Positions 10,308 to 21,179 are shown, counted from the first letter of the stretch. The stretch: DNA of 64,000 bases from Candidatus Latescibacterota bacterium (GCA_965203805.1 OZ241917.1:32001-96000); one strand, 5' to 3'. Notes: generated by a model from the sequence alone, not told the origin. A program made the numbers and translations.

Positions 10308-11291
10308 TTGGCGGAAAAGACGTTCAACAGACGCCTGTCGGTCGCACCGATGATGGACTGGACGGACAGGCACGAACGGTATTTCCTGAGGTTGTTCTCG
10401 CGGCGCATCCTGCTCTACTCCGAGATGATCAGCACCGATGCCGTCCTCCGGGGCCGACGCGAGCAGCTTCTGAAACACCATCGCCGCGAGCATCCGGTGG
10501 CGCTTCAGCTGGGAGGCTGCGATCCGGCGGCGCTGGCGCGCTGTGCGCGGATCGGACAGGACTTCGATTACGACGAGATCAATCTCAACGTGGGCTGCCC
10601 GAGCGACCGCGTGCGGGCAGGCCGGTTCGGCGCATGCCTCATGGCGGAGCCCGACCTGGTCGCCCGTTGCGTGGCGGCCATGCGCGAATCGGTTGAAGTC
10701 CCGGTCACCGTGAAGACGAGGATCGGAATCGACAACCGGGATTCGTATGCGAACCTCGCGCATTTCGTACGCACGGTTTCCGGCGCCGGATGCCGCGTGT
10801 TCGTCATCCACGCCAGAAAGGCGTGGCTGCATGGATTGAGTCCGAAGCAGAACCGCGAGATCCCGCCGCTGCGATACGACGTGGTATATCGTCTGAAACA
10901 GGACTTCCCGGACCTGGAGGTCGTCCTGAACGGAGGGATCACAACCCGCGAACAGGTACGGGAACACCTCGAAACCGTGGATGGCGTCATGATCGGTCGC
11001 GAGGCCTACCAGAATCCCTACTTTCTGGCGTCGATGGACCAGATGTTCTACGGCGATCCGCGCCCCGTGGCCGGGCGGGGGGAGATCCTGGATCGATTCT
11101 GTGAATACGTCGACGATCAGCTGCGCCTGGGGATGCCGCTGGTTGGCATGACGCGGCACATCCAGGGCCTCTTTCAGGGGTTGCCGGGCGCCCGCGCCTG
11201 GCGCCGGCACCTGAGCGAGAACGCGCACAGGCCCGGATCGGGCGTCGAGGTGATCCGGCAGGCCGCCACGTTCGTCCTCGGGCCGTCGTGA
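10308..11291 (+). CDS. dusA: tRNA dihydrouridine(20/20a) synthase DusA
   Basis: SVAPMMDWTDRH, NLNVGCPSDRV, HARKAWL.GLSPKQNREIPPL. Confidence 0.95.
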   Translation: MAEKTFNRRLSVAPMMDWTDRHERYFLRLFSRRILLYSEMISTDAVLRGRREQLLKHHRREHPVALQLGGCDPAALARCARIGQDFDYDEINLNVGCPSDRVRAGRFGACLMAEPDLVARCVAAMRESVEVPVTVKTRIGIDNRDSYANLAHFVRTVSGAGCRVFVIHARKAWLHGLSPKQNREIPPLRYDVVYRLKQDFPDLEVVLNGGITTREQVREHLETVDGVMIGREAYQNPYFLASMDQMFYGDPRPVAGRGEILDRFCEYVDDQLRLGMPLVGMTRHIQGLFQGLPGARAWRRHLSENAHRPGSGVEVIRQAATFVLGPS

Positions 11292-11332
11292 TCCTCCAGG
11301 GGACTATAGAGGAACCCTTCACGCCCGGTTGC

Positions 11333-12118
11333 TCACGTCTGTGACGCCTGCCGGCAGGCTGCAAGCAGTTCGCTGTGGGATGTGGTGTATCCTATATTGA
11401 CCTCCGTGTCGATGACGGCGGCCCGGGACAGGTCCAGGTTTTCAGACGTGTCCGCGACTTCGATGGCGGTGGTGCAGTCCCTGATGAGGATGATGTCGTA
11501 TCCGCGGTCTTTCATGGCCCTCATGCCGTAGTCCCTGAAGGGGACGCACATGTTGGCGGCGAAGCCGGCGTAGAAAAGGTGCAGGATCCCCCGGTGTTTC
11601 AGAACTCGGTGCAACTGGGCGCCGGTGACGATTACGTCGTCGCCGTGGCGAGGTTCGGCTTCGGGAATGATGCGGCGGTTCTTTATGGTGTCTTCGAACA
11701 CCTGATCGTGCGGATCCTTGGGCTGCGCCCACGCTTCGTAGTCGCCCGTTCTCGACCGGAATTCCGCGGGCGGCCAGTCGTCGGAGGCCGGCCCCGGTCG
11801 TCCGAAGACTTCGTCATCGCCCGCAAAGCGGGTCCACGCCTCATAGCGTTTGGCGCAGTCGGGGCTGGGCGCGTGGATCACCGCGGCGCCGACCGATCGG
11901 AAGGCCTCCGCAACCGGGACGATGCGTTCAAGGGTGATGTCTCTCCCGCGCCGCAGGTGCGTGCTCACGAAGTGGTCGCTCCACACGTCCACAAGCACCA
12001 GTGCGATCCGGTCCGCCGGATAGTCTCGCTGCAGGGTGCGGAGATGGAATTCGTCTTCGGTGACTTTAGCTCGCCGGGTGAGGTGATAGTACCGGACGTC
12101 CAGCCGGAGGTTCTTCAT
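11333..12118 (-). CDS. isochorismatase-family cysteine hydrolase
   Basis: ALVLVDVW, YAGFAANMCV..RDYG, LIRDCTTA. Confidence 0.8.
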   Translation of the reverse strand: MKNLRLDVRYYHLTRRAKVTEDEFHLRTLQRDYPADRIALVLVDVWSDHFVSTHLRRGRDITLERIVPVAEAFRSVGAAVIHAPSPDCAKRYEAWTRFAGDDEVFGRPGPASDDWPPAEFRSRTGDYEAWAQPKDPHDQVFEDTIKNRRIIPEAEPRHGDDVIVTGAQLHRVLKHRGILHLFYAGFAANMCVPFRDYGMRAMKDRGYDIILIRDCTTAIEVADTSENLDLSRAAVIDTEVNIGYTTSHSELLAACRQASQT

Positions 12119-12300
12119 TGCGGACCTTTCGTTTCGGGGCGGTGATTTCGAACCGTCTTTCCTCACGTAATATGGCGAGGATTGAACACCGGTGTCAAGG
12201 ATAACCCGTCGTTCATGGGGATTCGGCGGTACCGATCGGGCGTAACCCCGCGGCAGAGGTTTCCATTACGTCAACCCTAACGAGGAAGGCGGCTCTGGGG

Positions 12301-13671
12301 ATGAAGAGAGAACACATCTGGGCGCATCATGAGTGGGACGCAACGATCAACTGGAAGTTGATGGAAGGCGGATATGCCGACCTGCAGAGCGTGAGGGCGG
12401 GGGAGGAAATCACGTTTCACATTTCGAACTCACGGTCGTACTACGAGATCTTCATCTTCCGGGAAGGCGCCAAAAGGGAACTGGTCAAGACTATAGAGGG
12501 GCTGCGGGGGGCGCTTCAGGAGGTACCGGAGCTGGGCTACCGGGATGGGTACGGGTGGGCGCCGGCGGCGTCCTTCGTCATTCCGGAAACCTGGAAGAGC
12601 GGAATCTATATTGCAACCTTCCCGACCGGACAGGGGCTGCGCGAGATTTTCTTCGTGGTACGCCCCAGGTCGCCGGAATCTCCAATGTTGCTGACGGTTG
12701 CGACCAATACCTACCAGGCCTACAACAATGTGGGCGGCAAGTGCTTTTACGACTATATATCCACCGACCGGCAGCACGCCAAATTGCTGAGTTTCGAACG
12801 CCCCCTTCAGATGGAGTGCCTGGGCAACTTCTACATCTGGGACCAGTTTTTCACCTCGTGGCTGGATGCGGAGGGGTACGGCGTCGATTATTGTGTGAAC
12901 GGCGACCACGACGCGGAACCCGATATTCTGAACGACTACCGGGCAAACGTACGTTTCTGCCACGACGAATACAACAGCAGAAACGAGTGCGAACAGTTAC
13001 AGCGTTTCGTTCGGAATGGAGGCAATCTCATCCTGTTCGGCGGGAACTGTTTCTGCCAGGAAATCGAGTTGAGAAACCACGGCAGGCAGATTTATTGCGC
13101 AAAGCCCTACTATCACGATCATCCCACGCCCGAGCGTCCGGAAACGTCGTTTCTCTGCTTTCTGGACGACCTTCGCCAGCGCACGATCGGCGTGTTCTAC
13201 ACGTCGTTTGTCCACACGAAGACAACCGATCCGAACGTTTTCCTGGCTCCCACGACCGAGGACTGGGGGTACTACCGCGTGTGCGACCCGGAACACTGGG
13301 TGTATGAGGGAACAGGGTTGGCCGAGGGGGACGAATTCGGACGGGAGGACTCGATCGTCGGCGTGGAGGCGGACGCGGCGGACCTGAAATTCATTGACGG
13401 CCGGCCCGTGTACACGGGTGCGGACGGGGTATCGCCGGAGTACAGGATCGTGGCGCTTGCGGATTGCATGACCCCCGACGGTCACCGTCTGGCGAAGGAA
13501 GGGGGGAAAGAGGGCGTTGCGCCGTGCTACGGCACGGTGGCCATCAATGAAACGGAGTTCGAGGGTACGATTTTCAACGCCGCCACCATCGAATGGGCTC
13601 ATGGGTTGTACCGCGACGAAAGCGTGGTGGCCGTGATTACCCGCAACGTTCTGGACAGGTTGGCGACGTAA
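12301..13671 (+). CDS. N,N-dimethylformamidase beta-subunit-like protein
   Basis: WKSGIY, TNTYQAYN..GGK.FY, SFERP, HDEY, GVEAD, IFNAATIEW..GL...ITRNVL. Confidence 0.8.
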   Translation: MKREHIWAHHEWDATINWKLMEGGYADLQSVRAGEEITFHISNSRSYYEIFIFREGAKRELVKTIEGLRGALQEVPELGYRDGYGWAPAASFVIPETWKSGIYIATFPTGQGLREIFFVVRPRSPESPMLLTVATNTYQAYNNVGGKCFYDYISTDRQHAKLLSFERPLQMECLGNFYIWDQFFTSWLDAEGYGVDYCVNGDHDAEPDILNDYRANVRFCHDEYNSRNECEQLQRFVRNGGNLILFGGNCFCQEIELRNHGRQIYCAKPYYHDHPTPERPETSFLCFLDDLRQRTIGVFYTSFVHTKTTDPNVFLAPTTEDWGYYRVCDPEHWVYEGTGLAEGDEFGREDSIVGVEADAADLKFIDGRPVYTGADGVSPEYRIVALADCMTPDGHRLAKEGGKEGVAPCYGTVAINETEFEGTIFNAATIEWAHGLYRDESVVAVITRNVLDRLAT

Positions 13672-13731
13672 CGGGGACCGATCCGGTTTCTCACGGCAAC
13701 ACATGGAAACGCTTCGAACGGGGTACAGCCA

Positions 13732-15399
13732 ATGTCTGATGCGGGTGTGCGAATTCAACTGGACCTGAGCATCCCGATGAGAGACGGGGTGACGCTCTAC
13801 GGCGCGGCATATCGGCCCGCGCACGGCGAGTGCTTTCCCGTTCTGCTGATCCGGTCGCCCTACAGTACCGAGCATCCCAGATACGTGGACTGGGCGGTCC
13901 GGTTCGCGAGGTCCGGCTACGCGGTGATCATGGTGGACAGCAGGGGGCGGTACGAATCGGAAGGGGAGTGGCGGGCCTATGCGGACGAAGCTCGCGACGG
14001 CTACGACACGCAACAATGGATCGGGGCGCAGGCATGGTGCGACGGCAATATCGGGATGTTCGGGATTTCCTATCCGGGCTTCACCCAGATTCTGCCGGCC
14101 CCGTTCCGGAGCCCCTTCGTAAAGGGGCTGATGCCCATCGCAAACCAGGAGGACAACTACGGTCACCTGCGCTACAATGGTCTCCTTCAGCTGCAGAATG
14201 CGATGAACTGGATCTGGCTCGGAGGACGGACCAACCAGAACGCGCCGCGGGAACTGCTGGACTGGGAACGCATCTACCGCCGGCTGCCGCTGATCTCGGC
14301 AATGGACGGCATCGCGGAACGGCCTTTTTTCAGAGAGGTGGTCCGGCACGGCGAATTCGACGAATTCTGGTCGTCAACCAGCATGAAAGGCCGGTACCGG
14401 GAAGTGAACGCGCCGGCCTATTTCGTCACGGGATGGTACGACAATCTCGTTCACGAGGGCTTCAAGTGTTTTCGCGGCTGGCGTACGGAGCCGGCAGACG
14501 CCCGGACCCGAACGTTGACCCGCCTGTTGGTCGGGCCGTGGACGCATTCGCAGATCGGGAGCGCGGAGCCGTACGGGGATATCGATTTCGGATCGAATGC
14601 CGCGGTGGATATTCCCGGCGAACACCTGCGCTGGTACGACCGGCGGCTGCGCGGAATCGATACGGGGATCGACGAGGAGCCGCCCGTCAGGATCTTCGTG
14701 ATGGGCCGGAATTCCTGGCGGTGGGAAAACGAGTGGCCGCTGGCGCGAACGCAATACACGGCGTACTATCTCCACAGCGGCGGCCGCGCCAATACTTCGT
14801 TCGGCGATGGAACGCTCAGCCGTGAAGCGCCGGGGGACGAGCCCGCGGACCGGTTCGACTACGATCCGGAGGATCCGGTGACCACAGTGGGCGGGCAGAG
14901 CTTGTTCCCCGCCAACACGGGTCCCCGGGACCGGCGGGGCTTGGAAACCCGCGAGGACGTGCTGGTATACACAACGGAAGCCCTGACGTCGGACGTGGAG
15001 GTGACCGGCCCCGTGGAACTCACCCTGTTCGCCGCATCGGATGCGCGCGATACGGACTTTACGGCCACCCTGGTCGACGTGTATCCCGATGGCGCGGCGA
15101 TCCACGTTACGGAGGGCATCGTGCGGGCCCGTTACCGAGAATCCTTTCGCAGGCCGAGTCCGATCCGTCCGGGGGCGGTGGTGGAATACCGGATCGTACT
15201 CTGGGAGACGAGTAATCTGTTCAGGGCCGGCCATCGGATCAGGCTGGAAGTCTCCAGCAGCAACTTTCCCCGTTTCGACCGGAATCTCAACACCGGCAAT
15301 ACCCCCGGCCTGGACGACGAAATGAGAGTCGCCCGTCAGACGATCCATCACAGCGGCCAATATGCCTCTTTTCTGCGTCTCCCGGTCATTCCCCAATGA
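13732..15399 (+). CDS. CocE/NonD family serine hydrolase
   Basis: MRDGV.L, RSPY, GISYPG nucleophile motif, GWYD, GPWTH, SSNFPRFDRN. Confidence 0.93.
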   Translation: MSDAGVRIQLDLSIPMRDGVTLYGAAYRPAHGECFPVLLIRSPYSTEHPRYVDWAVRFARSGYAVIMVDSRGRYESEGEWRAYADEARDGYDTQQWIGAQAWCDGNIGMFGISYPGFTQILPAPFRSPFVKGLMPIANQEDNYGHLRYNGLLQLQNAMNWIWLGGRTNQNAPRELLDWERIYRRLPLISAMDGIAERPFFREVVRHGEFDEFWSSTSMKGRYREVNAPAYFVTGWYDNLVHEGFKCFRGWRTEPADARTRTLTRLLVGPWTHSQIGSAEPYGDIDFGSNAAVDIPGEHLRWYDRRLRGIDTGIDEEPPVRIFVMGRNSWRWENEWPLARTQYTAYYLHSGGRANTSFGDGTLSREAPGDEPADRFDYDPEDPVTTVGGQSLFPANTGPRDRRGLETREDVLVYTTEALTSDVEVTGPVELTLFAASDARDTDFTATLVDVYPDGAAIHVTEGIVRARYRESFRRPSPIRPGAVVEYRIVLWETSNLFRAGHRIRLEVSSSNFPRFDRNLNTGNTPGLDDEMRVARQTIHHSGQYASFLRLPVIPQ

Positions 15400-17495
15400 A
15401 TCGGACTTCATATCGAATCGGCGCCGACGTTGGCGGAACCTTCACGGATGTCATCCTCATGGACGGCGAGGGGAATATACGGACCCACAAGATCCCCTCG
15501 ACGCCGCCGGACTTCGAGCAGGCCGTGCTGGACGCCATCGCCCGCCTGCTGGGAGATTCCGGCATCCCGGGCGGAGAGATCGGTGATGTCTCCCACGGGA
15601 CCACCGTGGCGACGAATGCGGTCCTGGAGCGGCGGGGAGCCAGGACCGCGCTGATTACCACGCGCGGATTCCGGGACGTTCTGGAACTGAGGCGCATCAG
15701 GGCGCCGCAGATGTACGATCTGTTCTTCGACAAGCCTGAACCGCTGGTGGAACGGTATCTGAGATTCGAGGTGTCGGAGCGCTTTGCCGCGAATGGTGAC
15801 GTTCTGGCGCCCCTGGACGAGGCGGACCTCAAGGCGGTCATCTCAGCGCTGGAGAAGGAACGGGTGGAGTCGATTGCGGTCTGCACGCTTCACTCGTACG
15901 CGTATCCCGAGCATGAACACGCCATTGGCCGGTGTCTCGAAGGCGCGTGTCCCGGTGTACCGGTGTCTCTCTCGACGGAGATTCTGCCGGAGCGGCGGGA
16001 GTACGAACGTTCGGCAACCACGGTGCTGAACGCGTACGTCCGTCCGGTGATGCAGCGTTATCTCACGGCGATGCGGGTTGGGTTGAGTGAGCAGGGCATT
16101 CAGTCGCCGGTGCTGATCATGCAGTCTGCCGGGGGCCTGACGCCCGAGGCAGACGCGGCGCGTCGACCGGTTTACGTTCTCGAGTCGGGACCGGCGGCCG
16201 GGGTCTTCGCCGCCCGATCCGCCGGAGAGCAACTGGGTATCGGCGATCTCATCACGTTCGACATGGGGGGCACTACGGCCAAGGCGTCCATCGTGGAAGA
16301 AGGCGAAATCTCCTACAGCCCGGAATACGAGGTCGGCGCATCCGTATCGGCCGGAAACCGGCTGGTGGGCGGAGGCGGGGAACTGATCCGCGCGCCCAGC
16401 ATCGATATCGCGGAGGTGGGATCGGGCGGCGGCAGCGTGGCCTGGCTGGACGGTGCCGGCGGGTTGCGGGTGGGGCCAAGAAGCGCGGGTGCGGTTCCGG
16501 GCCCCGCATGTTACGGCCGCGGTGGAACGGAGCCCACCGTAACCGACGCGAATGCGGTGCTCGGATATATCCGGCCGGGCGAACTGGCCGACGGGGGGGT
16601 ATCCGTAGACCCTGAGGCCGCGAGAAGGATCGTCCACGACCGGATCGCGGGTCCGCTGGGCATGGACCTGCTCGAAGCGGCCGAGGGCATACACCGCATT
16701 GCCAATGCCCGGTGTATGCGAGCGCTTCGGTCCGTGTCCACCGAGCGGGGCCGCGATCCAAGGGCGTTCTCTCTGATCGCCTTCGGCGGGTCCGGTCCGA
16801 TTCATGCGGCCGGGCTGGCCAAAGAGCTCCTCAGCCCCAGGGTGATCGTACCTCCGCTGCCGGGGTTGTTCAGCGCGCTGGGACTGCTGTTTTCCGGCGT
16901 TGAACACCATGAAATATCCAGTTGTCTGCTCTCCGGCGACGGACTGAGCGCCGGGGCGCTCGGCGGCATCCAGACGGACCTGAAACAGAAGATGCTGGCC
17001 AGGTTCAGGGCAGAGGGATATTCCGCCGAACAGGTGGCGATGTACGACAGTGTCGACGTGCGTTACAGAGGCCAGGCGTCCGAAATCCGGATTCCGCTGC
17101 CGGAATCACCGGCGACGGACGCCGCGATAAAGCATCTGCACGAAGCGTTTGAACGCGCCCATCGGCAGATGTACGGGCATTCGTCGGACCCGGACAATCC
17201 GGTCGAGGTGGTTGCCGTTCGCCTGATCGGCAGAACGGCCCGCCGCGACGCGAGCGGCCGAATGCGCGCCACGCGGCCCGTCGGGCGCAAGGTGTCCGTG
17301 CGTCGGGCATATTTCGGAAAGGCCTGGGGAACGGTGGAAACGCCCGTAATCGACCGCGCGGAGCTTGTCCGGCCTCAGGACGGGCCCCTCCTGATCGATG
17401 AATACGACTCCACGATCGTCGTACCGCCGGACCAGCGGGTGTATCGCGACCGGCAGGACTACGTGATTCTGGAGGACGTCGGGGCGCGTGGATAA
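15396..17495 (+). CDS. hydantoinase/oxoprolinase subunit A
   Basis: DVGGTFTD, HGTTVATN, ESGPAAG, DMGGTT, SAGAVPGPACY, FGGSG. Confidence 0.93.
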   Translation: MNRTSYRIGADVGGTFTDVILMDGEGNIRTHKIPSTPPDFEQAVLDAIARLLGDSGIPGGEIGDVSHGTTVATNAVLERRGARTALITTRGFRDVLELRRIRAPQMYDLFFDKPEPLVERYLRFEVSERFAANGDVLAPLDEADLKAVISALEKERVESIAVCTLHSYAYPEHEHAIGRCLEGACPGVPVSLSTEILPERREYERSATTVLNAYVRPVMQRYLTAMRVGLSEQGIQSPVLIMQSAGGLTPEADAARRPVYVLESGPAAGVFAARSAGEQLGIGDLITFDMGGTTAKASIVEEGEISYSPEYEVGASVSAGNRLVGGGGELIRAPSIDIAEVGSGGGSVAWLDGAGGLRVGPRSAGAVPGPACYGRGGTEPTVTDANAVLGYIRPGELADGGVSVDPEAARRIVHDRIAGPLGMDLLEAAEGIHRIANARCMRALRSVSTERGRDPRAFSLIAFGGSGPIHAAGLAKELLSPRVIVPPLPGLFSALGLLFSGVEHHEISSCLLSGDGLSAGALGGIQTDLKQKMLARFRAEGYSAEQVAMYDSVDVRYRGQASEIRIPLPESPATDAAIKHLHEAFERAHRQMYGHSSDPDNPVEVVAVRLIGRTARRDASGRMRATRPVGRKVSVRRAYFGKAWGTVETPVIDRAELVRPQDGPLLIDEYDSTIVVPPDQRVYRDRQDYVILEDVGARG

Positions 17496-17512
17496 CCGGC
17501 GGCGGCATATGG

Positions 17513-19282
17513 GTGGTACCTGAAACCATGACGGCAATTGATCCTGTTACTCGCGAAATCATGCAGAATGCGCTGGCCGCGGCCGCCGACGAAATGGGCG
17601 CCGCGCTCTATCGCACGGCCTATTCCACCATCGTGCGCGATTGCCTGGACTATTCCACGTCGCTGTGCAACGCAAACGGTCAGATGATCGCGCAGGGCGT
17701 TACGATTCCACTGCATCTGGGATCTGTACCGTATGCATTGAATGCGCTGCTCGAACGGTTCGGCGATGACATCGACCCCGGCGACGTGTTCATCATGAAC
17801 GATCCGTTCGACGGCGGGATGCACATTCCGGACATCTTTATCGTGCAACCGATCTTCTGGGAGGGTGAGCGGGTGGCCTTTGCGGTGAGTACGGCGCACC
17901 ATCTGGACCTGGGCGGACGCCTGCCCGGAAGTTCCGCTTGCGACAACACGGAGATCTACCAGGAAGGCATCCGGATTCCGTGGCTGAAGCTCTATCGCCG
18001 GGGTGAGCCCGAAGCGTCCATTTTTGCCCTGATCCGTGCGAACGTCCGAGTGCCCCAGATGACGATCGGCGACATCAGAGCGCAGTTGGCGGCCTGCCAT
18101 ATGGGGGAACGGGCGGTGCATGCGTTGATCGAGCGGTACGGACCCGAGACGTTTCTGGCGTGCGCGCAGGATCTGATCGACTATACGGAACGGCTGGTAC
18201 GTGCGGAGATCGCTTCGTGGCCCGATGGCTCCCATACCTTTACCGATTTCCTGGACAGCGACGGCGTGGGCGGGCCCAGGGTGCGGATCCGGGTGACCGT
18301 GACCGTGCGGGGTGACTCGCTCACGGCCGATTTCACGGGGACGGACCCCCAGGTGCGCGGCGCCGTCAACAGTACGCTCTCGTTTACCGCAGCCGTCGTG
18401 GCCCTTTGCGTTCGCGCCGTGATGCGTGAGGAGATTCCGAATACGGAAGGGATGTTCCGACCGCTGGAGATCATCGCGCCGGAGGGTGCACTCGTAAACG
18501 TGAGGATGCCGGGCGCGTCGTCGATGCGTGGCGTGACCGGGTTCCGGATGACGGACGTCGTGTTCGGGGCGCTGGCCGGGCTGCTGCCCGACCGTGTGCC
18601 GGCCGCCGGCGAGGGCGGCAATACGCTCGTTATCATCGGCGGACAGCGGCGGGACCGGTCGCCTTACGTCTATTATGAGCTGCTCTCCGGGACCTGGGGG
18701 GCGCGGCCGGACCGGGACGGAAACGATGGACTGTGCAATCCGGCCAACGTGGCCAGCAATATTCCCGTTGAACAGGCCGAATGCGAATATCCCGTGAGAA
18801 TCGACCGGTACGGACTGGTCTGCGACAGCGGCGGTCCGGGCAAATACCGGGGCGGACTGGCGATCGAGCGGGAGTGGACGCTGCTTTCGGGACAAGCGCA
18901 TCTGGCAATCCGGTCCGATCGAAGAGACCATCTGCCATACGGATTGTACGGGGGCCGGCCGGCGACGGGATCGACCAACGTGCTCTACGGCAGCGACGGC
19001 GGCGAGGAGTTGCCGACGATGATTTCGACGACGATGGCGGCCGGAGAGCGGATCTACCACCGGCAGGCGGGCGGCGGGGGATGGGGAAATCCGATGGAAC
19101 GGGACCCGGGGGCGGTCGCGCGGGACGTGAAGAACGGGAAGGTGTCGGTGGACCGGGCGCGGGAGCAGTACGGCGTGGTGATCGATGAAGGGAATCTCGC
19201 GGTAAATCAGGCGGAAACCGGGAAGACCCGGCGGAGGATGGCGGATCAGGGTGCCGTGCCCGCAAGCGGCGACTCCGGTTGA
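17513..19282 (+). CDS. hydantoinase B/oxoprolinase subunit
   Basis: EMG..L.RTAYS..VR...DYS, HLGS, NDPFDGGMHIPD, HHLDLGG, DSGGPGKYRGG, GGGGWG. Confidence 0.93.
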   Translation: MVPETMTAIDPVTREIMQNALAAAADEMGAALYRTAYSTIVRDCLDYSTSLCNANGQMIAQGVTIPLHLGSVPYALNALLERFGDDIDPGDVFIMNDPFDGGMHIPDIFIVQPIFWEGERVAFAVSTAHHLDLGGRLPGSSACDNTEIYQEGIRIPWLKLYRRGEPEASIFALIRANVRVPQMTIGDIRAQLAACHMGERAVHALIERYGPETFLACAQDLIDYTERLVRAEIASWPDGSHTFTDFLDSDGVGGPRVRIRVTVTVRGDSLTADFTGTDPQVRGAVNSTLSFTAAVVALCVRAVMREEIPNTEGMFRPLEIIAPEGALVNVRMPGASSMRGVTGFRMTDVVFGALAGLLPDRVPAAGEGGNTLVIIGGQRRDRSPYVYYELLSGTWGARPDRDGNDGLCNPANVASNIPVEQAECEYPVRIDRYGLVCDSGGPGKYRGGLAIEREWTLLSGQAHLAIRSDRRDHLPYGLYGGRPATGSTNVLYGSDGGEELPTMISTTMAAGERIYHRQAGGGGWGNPMERDPGAVARDVKNGKVSVDRAREQYGVVIDEGNLAVNQAETGKTRRRMADQGAVPASGDSG

Positions 19283-19307
19283 CTCGGGCGCCGAACGGTG
19301 GTATATT
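19279..19307 (+). promoter_or_regulatory. sigma70-type promoter (extended -10)
   Basis: TTGACT-N17-TATATT with TG before the -10 box. Confidence 0.6.
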
Positions 19308-19356
19308 TGGATAGAGGCTGGCGGAACATCTGACGATGTTAATCTGGAGGTATCCT

Positions 19357-20202
19357 ATGTCCCGAAAAATCAATCAGTTCGTTCTGGTTCTTCTGTTGTT
19401 CGGGTTCGCGGGCTGCAGCGCCCCGCTGACGGAGTTGTCGCGGCGCGGAGACGTCGGGGGCGTTCAGCGGGCCCTCGAACGCGGACGCGACGTAAACGCG
19501 AGGACGCCGCAGGGACACAGCCCGTTGACGCTGGCATCCAGAGAGGGTCATCTGGAGGTCGTTCTCGACCTGCTCCGGGCCGGCGCGGACGTCCACGCCG
19601 TGGCCTGGACCGTTGGCGCCCATACCGTCGAGAGCCAGGATCGACACGGCGGCTACGCGTTCATCAGGGAACGGTACGTCAATCCCGACAGTTCCGGCCC
19701 TCAGTCCAGATTCATGGCGCAGCGTACGCGCGGCTCGGCCGGCTGGGTGCTCAGAGACGGGAAGACAGCGCTGATGCTGGCTGCCGAGGCCGGTCACGAG
19801 GACGTGGTCGAGGCGCTTGTCGAAGGCGGCGCCGACCTGTTCGCCACCAGCGGCGGTGAGATCGTGACCGCCGGAATGCCGTCGTTCAGGGATTACGATG
19901 CATATATCTCCGGATATACCGGTGCGCAACCCGAAGACATCGGCCGCGAAGAGGATAAACATGGCGGCAGTTACTACGGACCCGAGCACGGCCGCGTTCT
20001 CTATTACGATATTGTCCATTCCTATCCCGAGCGTCCTTCCTGGTCGATCGGCGGAAGCACGGCGCTGGACCTCGCCTACGGGAACGGACATAAGAAGATT
20101 ATCGAGTACCTCCTGGAAGCCGGCGCGGGGATGACGCCATCGGGTCTGAAACGTGATCTTTCGTCGCCTCGTGAGGACGCTAACGATGTTTCGAATCATT
20201 GA
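19357..20202 (+). CDS. ankyrin-repeat lipoprotein (paralog 1)
   Basis: Lipobox FAGC; G.SPLTLASREGHLEVV..LL.AGADV, GKTALMLAAEAGHEDVV, G.TALDLA..NGH..II.YLL. Confidence 0.85.
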   Translation: MSRKINQFVLVLLLFGFAGCSAPLTELSRRGDVGGVQRALERGRDVNARTPQGHSPLTLASREGHLEVVLDLLRAGADVHAVAWTVGAHTVESQDRHGGYAFIRERYVNPDSSGPQSRFMAQRTRGSAGWVLRDGKTALMLAAEAGHEDVVEALVEGGADLFATSGGEIVTAGMPSFRDYDAYISGYTGAQPEDIGREEDKHGGSYYGPEHGRVLYYDIVHSYPERPSWSIGGSTALDLAYGNGHKKIIEYLLEAGAGMTPSGLKRDLSSPREDANDVSNH

Positions 20203-20271
20203 TCGTCGTACAGCGCTGGTCATTCTTACGGCGGTCGCGGCTTGGCAATGCGCCGGCGGACGAGATCCCGT

Positions 20272-20300
20272 TTGACTTGACCGGTGAAGGTGGCTATATT
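20272..20300 (+). promoter_or_regulatory. sigma70-type promoter
   Basis: TTGACT-N17-TATATT, same hexamers as the promoter of paralog 1. Confidence 0.6.
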
Positions 20301-20350
20301 TTCGGGTGTTACGATGCTAATTGCCAATCGAGCCCCGGAGGAGGTGGACA

Positions 20351-21148
20351 ATGTCTAATACATTCAAGCCACTTGCACTCCTGTTTGCCCTGATGGGTGT
20401 CTGGGGCTGCAGCGCTTCGTTAATGGAAATTTCGCAGCGGGGAGATCTGCAGGCCGTCCGGAGGTCGCTGCACCGTGGAAGCGACGTGAACGCCCGGACG
20501 GTGCAGGGACACAGCCCCCTGACGCTGGCGGCCAGGGAAGGTCATCTGGACGTGGTTCAGGCCCTGATTCAGGCCGGCGCGAACCTGGACGTCAGGGCGT
20601 GGACGTTAGGTGCTCGCGCGGGTGTACGTACGCATCGGCACGACTTTACAGGGCTTTCGAGGGAACAGTTTGCCAATGCCGACAGTTCCGGGCCCCAGTC
20701 CAGGTTTATGGCTGAGCGTACCCGCAGCCGATCCAGTTGGGTGCTGAGAGACGGTAAAACGGCAATGATGCTCGCCGCGCAACGCGGGCATCGTGATATT
20801 GTGGAGGCACTGATCCAGGCCGGCGCCAACGTGCATGAGACCAGCGGCGGAGAGATTGTGACCCGTGCACGTGCATCGTATGAGGACTTTCACGCGTATT
20901 CCGCTGGCACGTCCCGGCCTTCGGGGGGTACCGCCGCGCCCGAACCTGAATATCGCCCAGACGATAAACGCGGCCCCGATGATCCCGGACGCAGCCACTA
21001 CCCGGTCGACTATGCCTATCCCAAACGACCCTACTGGTCGCCGGGCGGCAAAACCGCTCTGGACTTCGCCCGCGAAAACGGGCATTCGGACGTCGTCGAT
21101 CTCCTTCTTGAAGCAGGTGCGCGGATGCGTGAATCAAATTCCAATTAG
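20351..21148 (+). CDS. ankyrin-repeat lipoprotein (paralog 2)
   Basis: SD GGAGGAGG; lipobox VWGC; same ankyrin units and inserts as paralog 1. Confidence 0.85.
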   Translation: MSNTFKPLALLFALMGVWGCSASLMEISQRGDLQAVRRSLHRGSDVNARTVQGHSPLTLAAREGHLDVVQALIQAGANLDVRAWTLGARAGVRTHRHDFTGLSREQFANADSSGPQSRFMAERTRSRSSWVLRDGKTAMMLAAQRGHRDIVEALIQAGANVHETSGGEIVTRARASYEDFHAYSAGTSRPSGGTAAPEPEYRPDDKRGPDDPGRSHYPVDYAYPKRPYWSPGGKTALDFARENGHSDVVDLLLEAGARMRESNSN

Positions 21149-21179
21149 GTTCCTGGAGCGTTCTCGCCCATTGGATATT

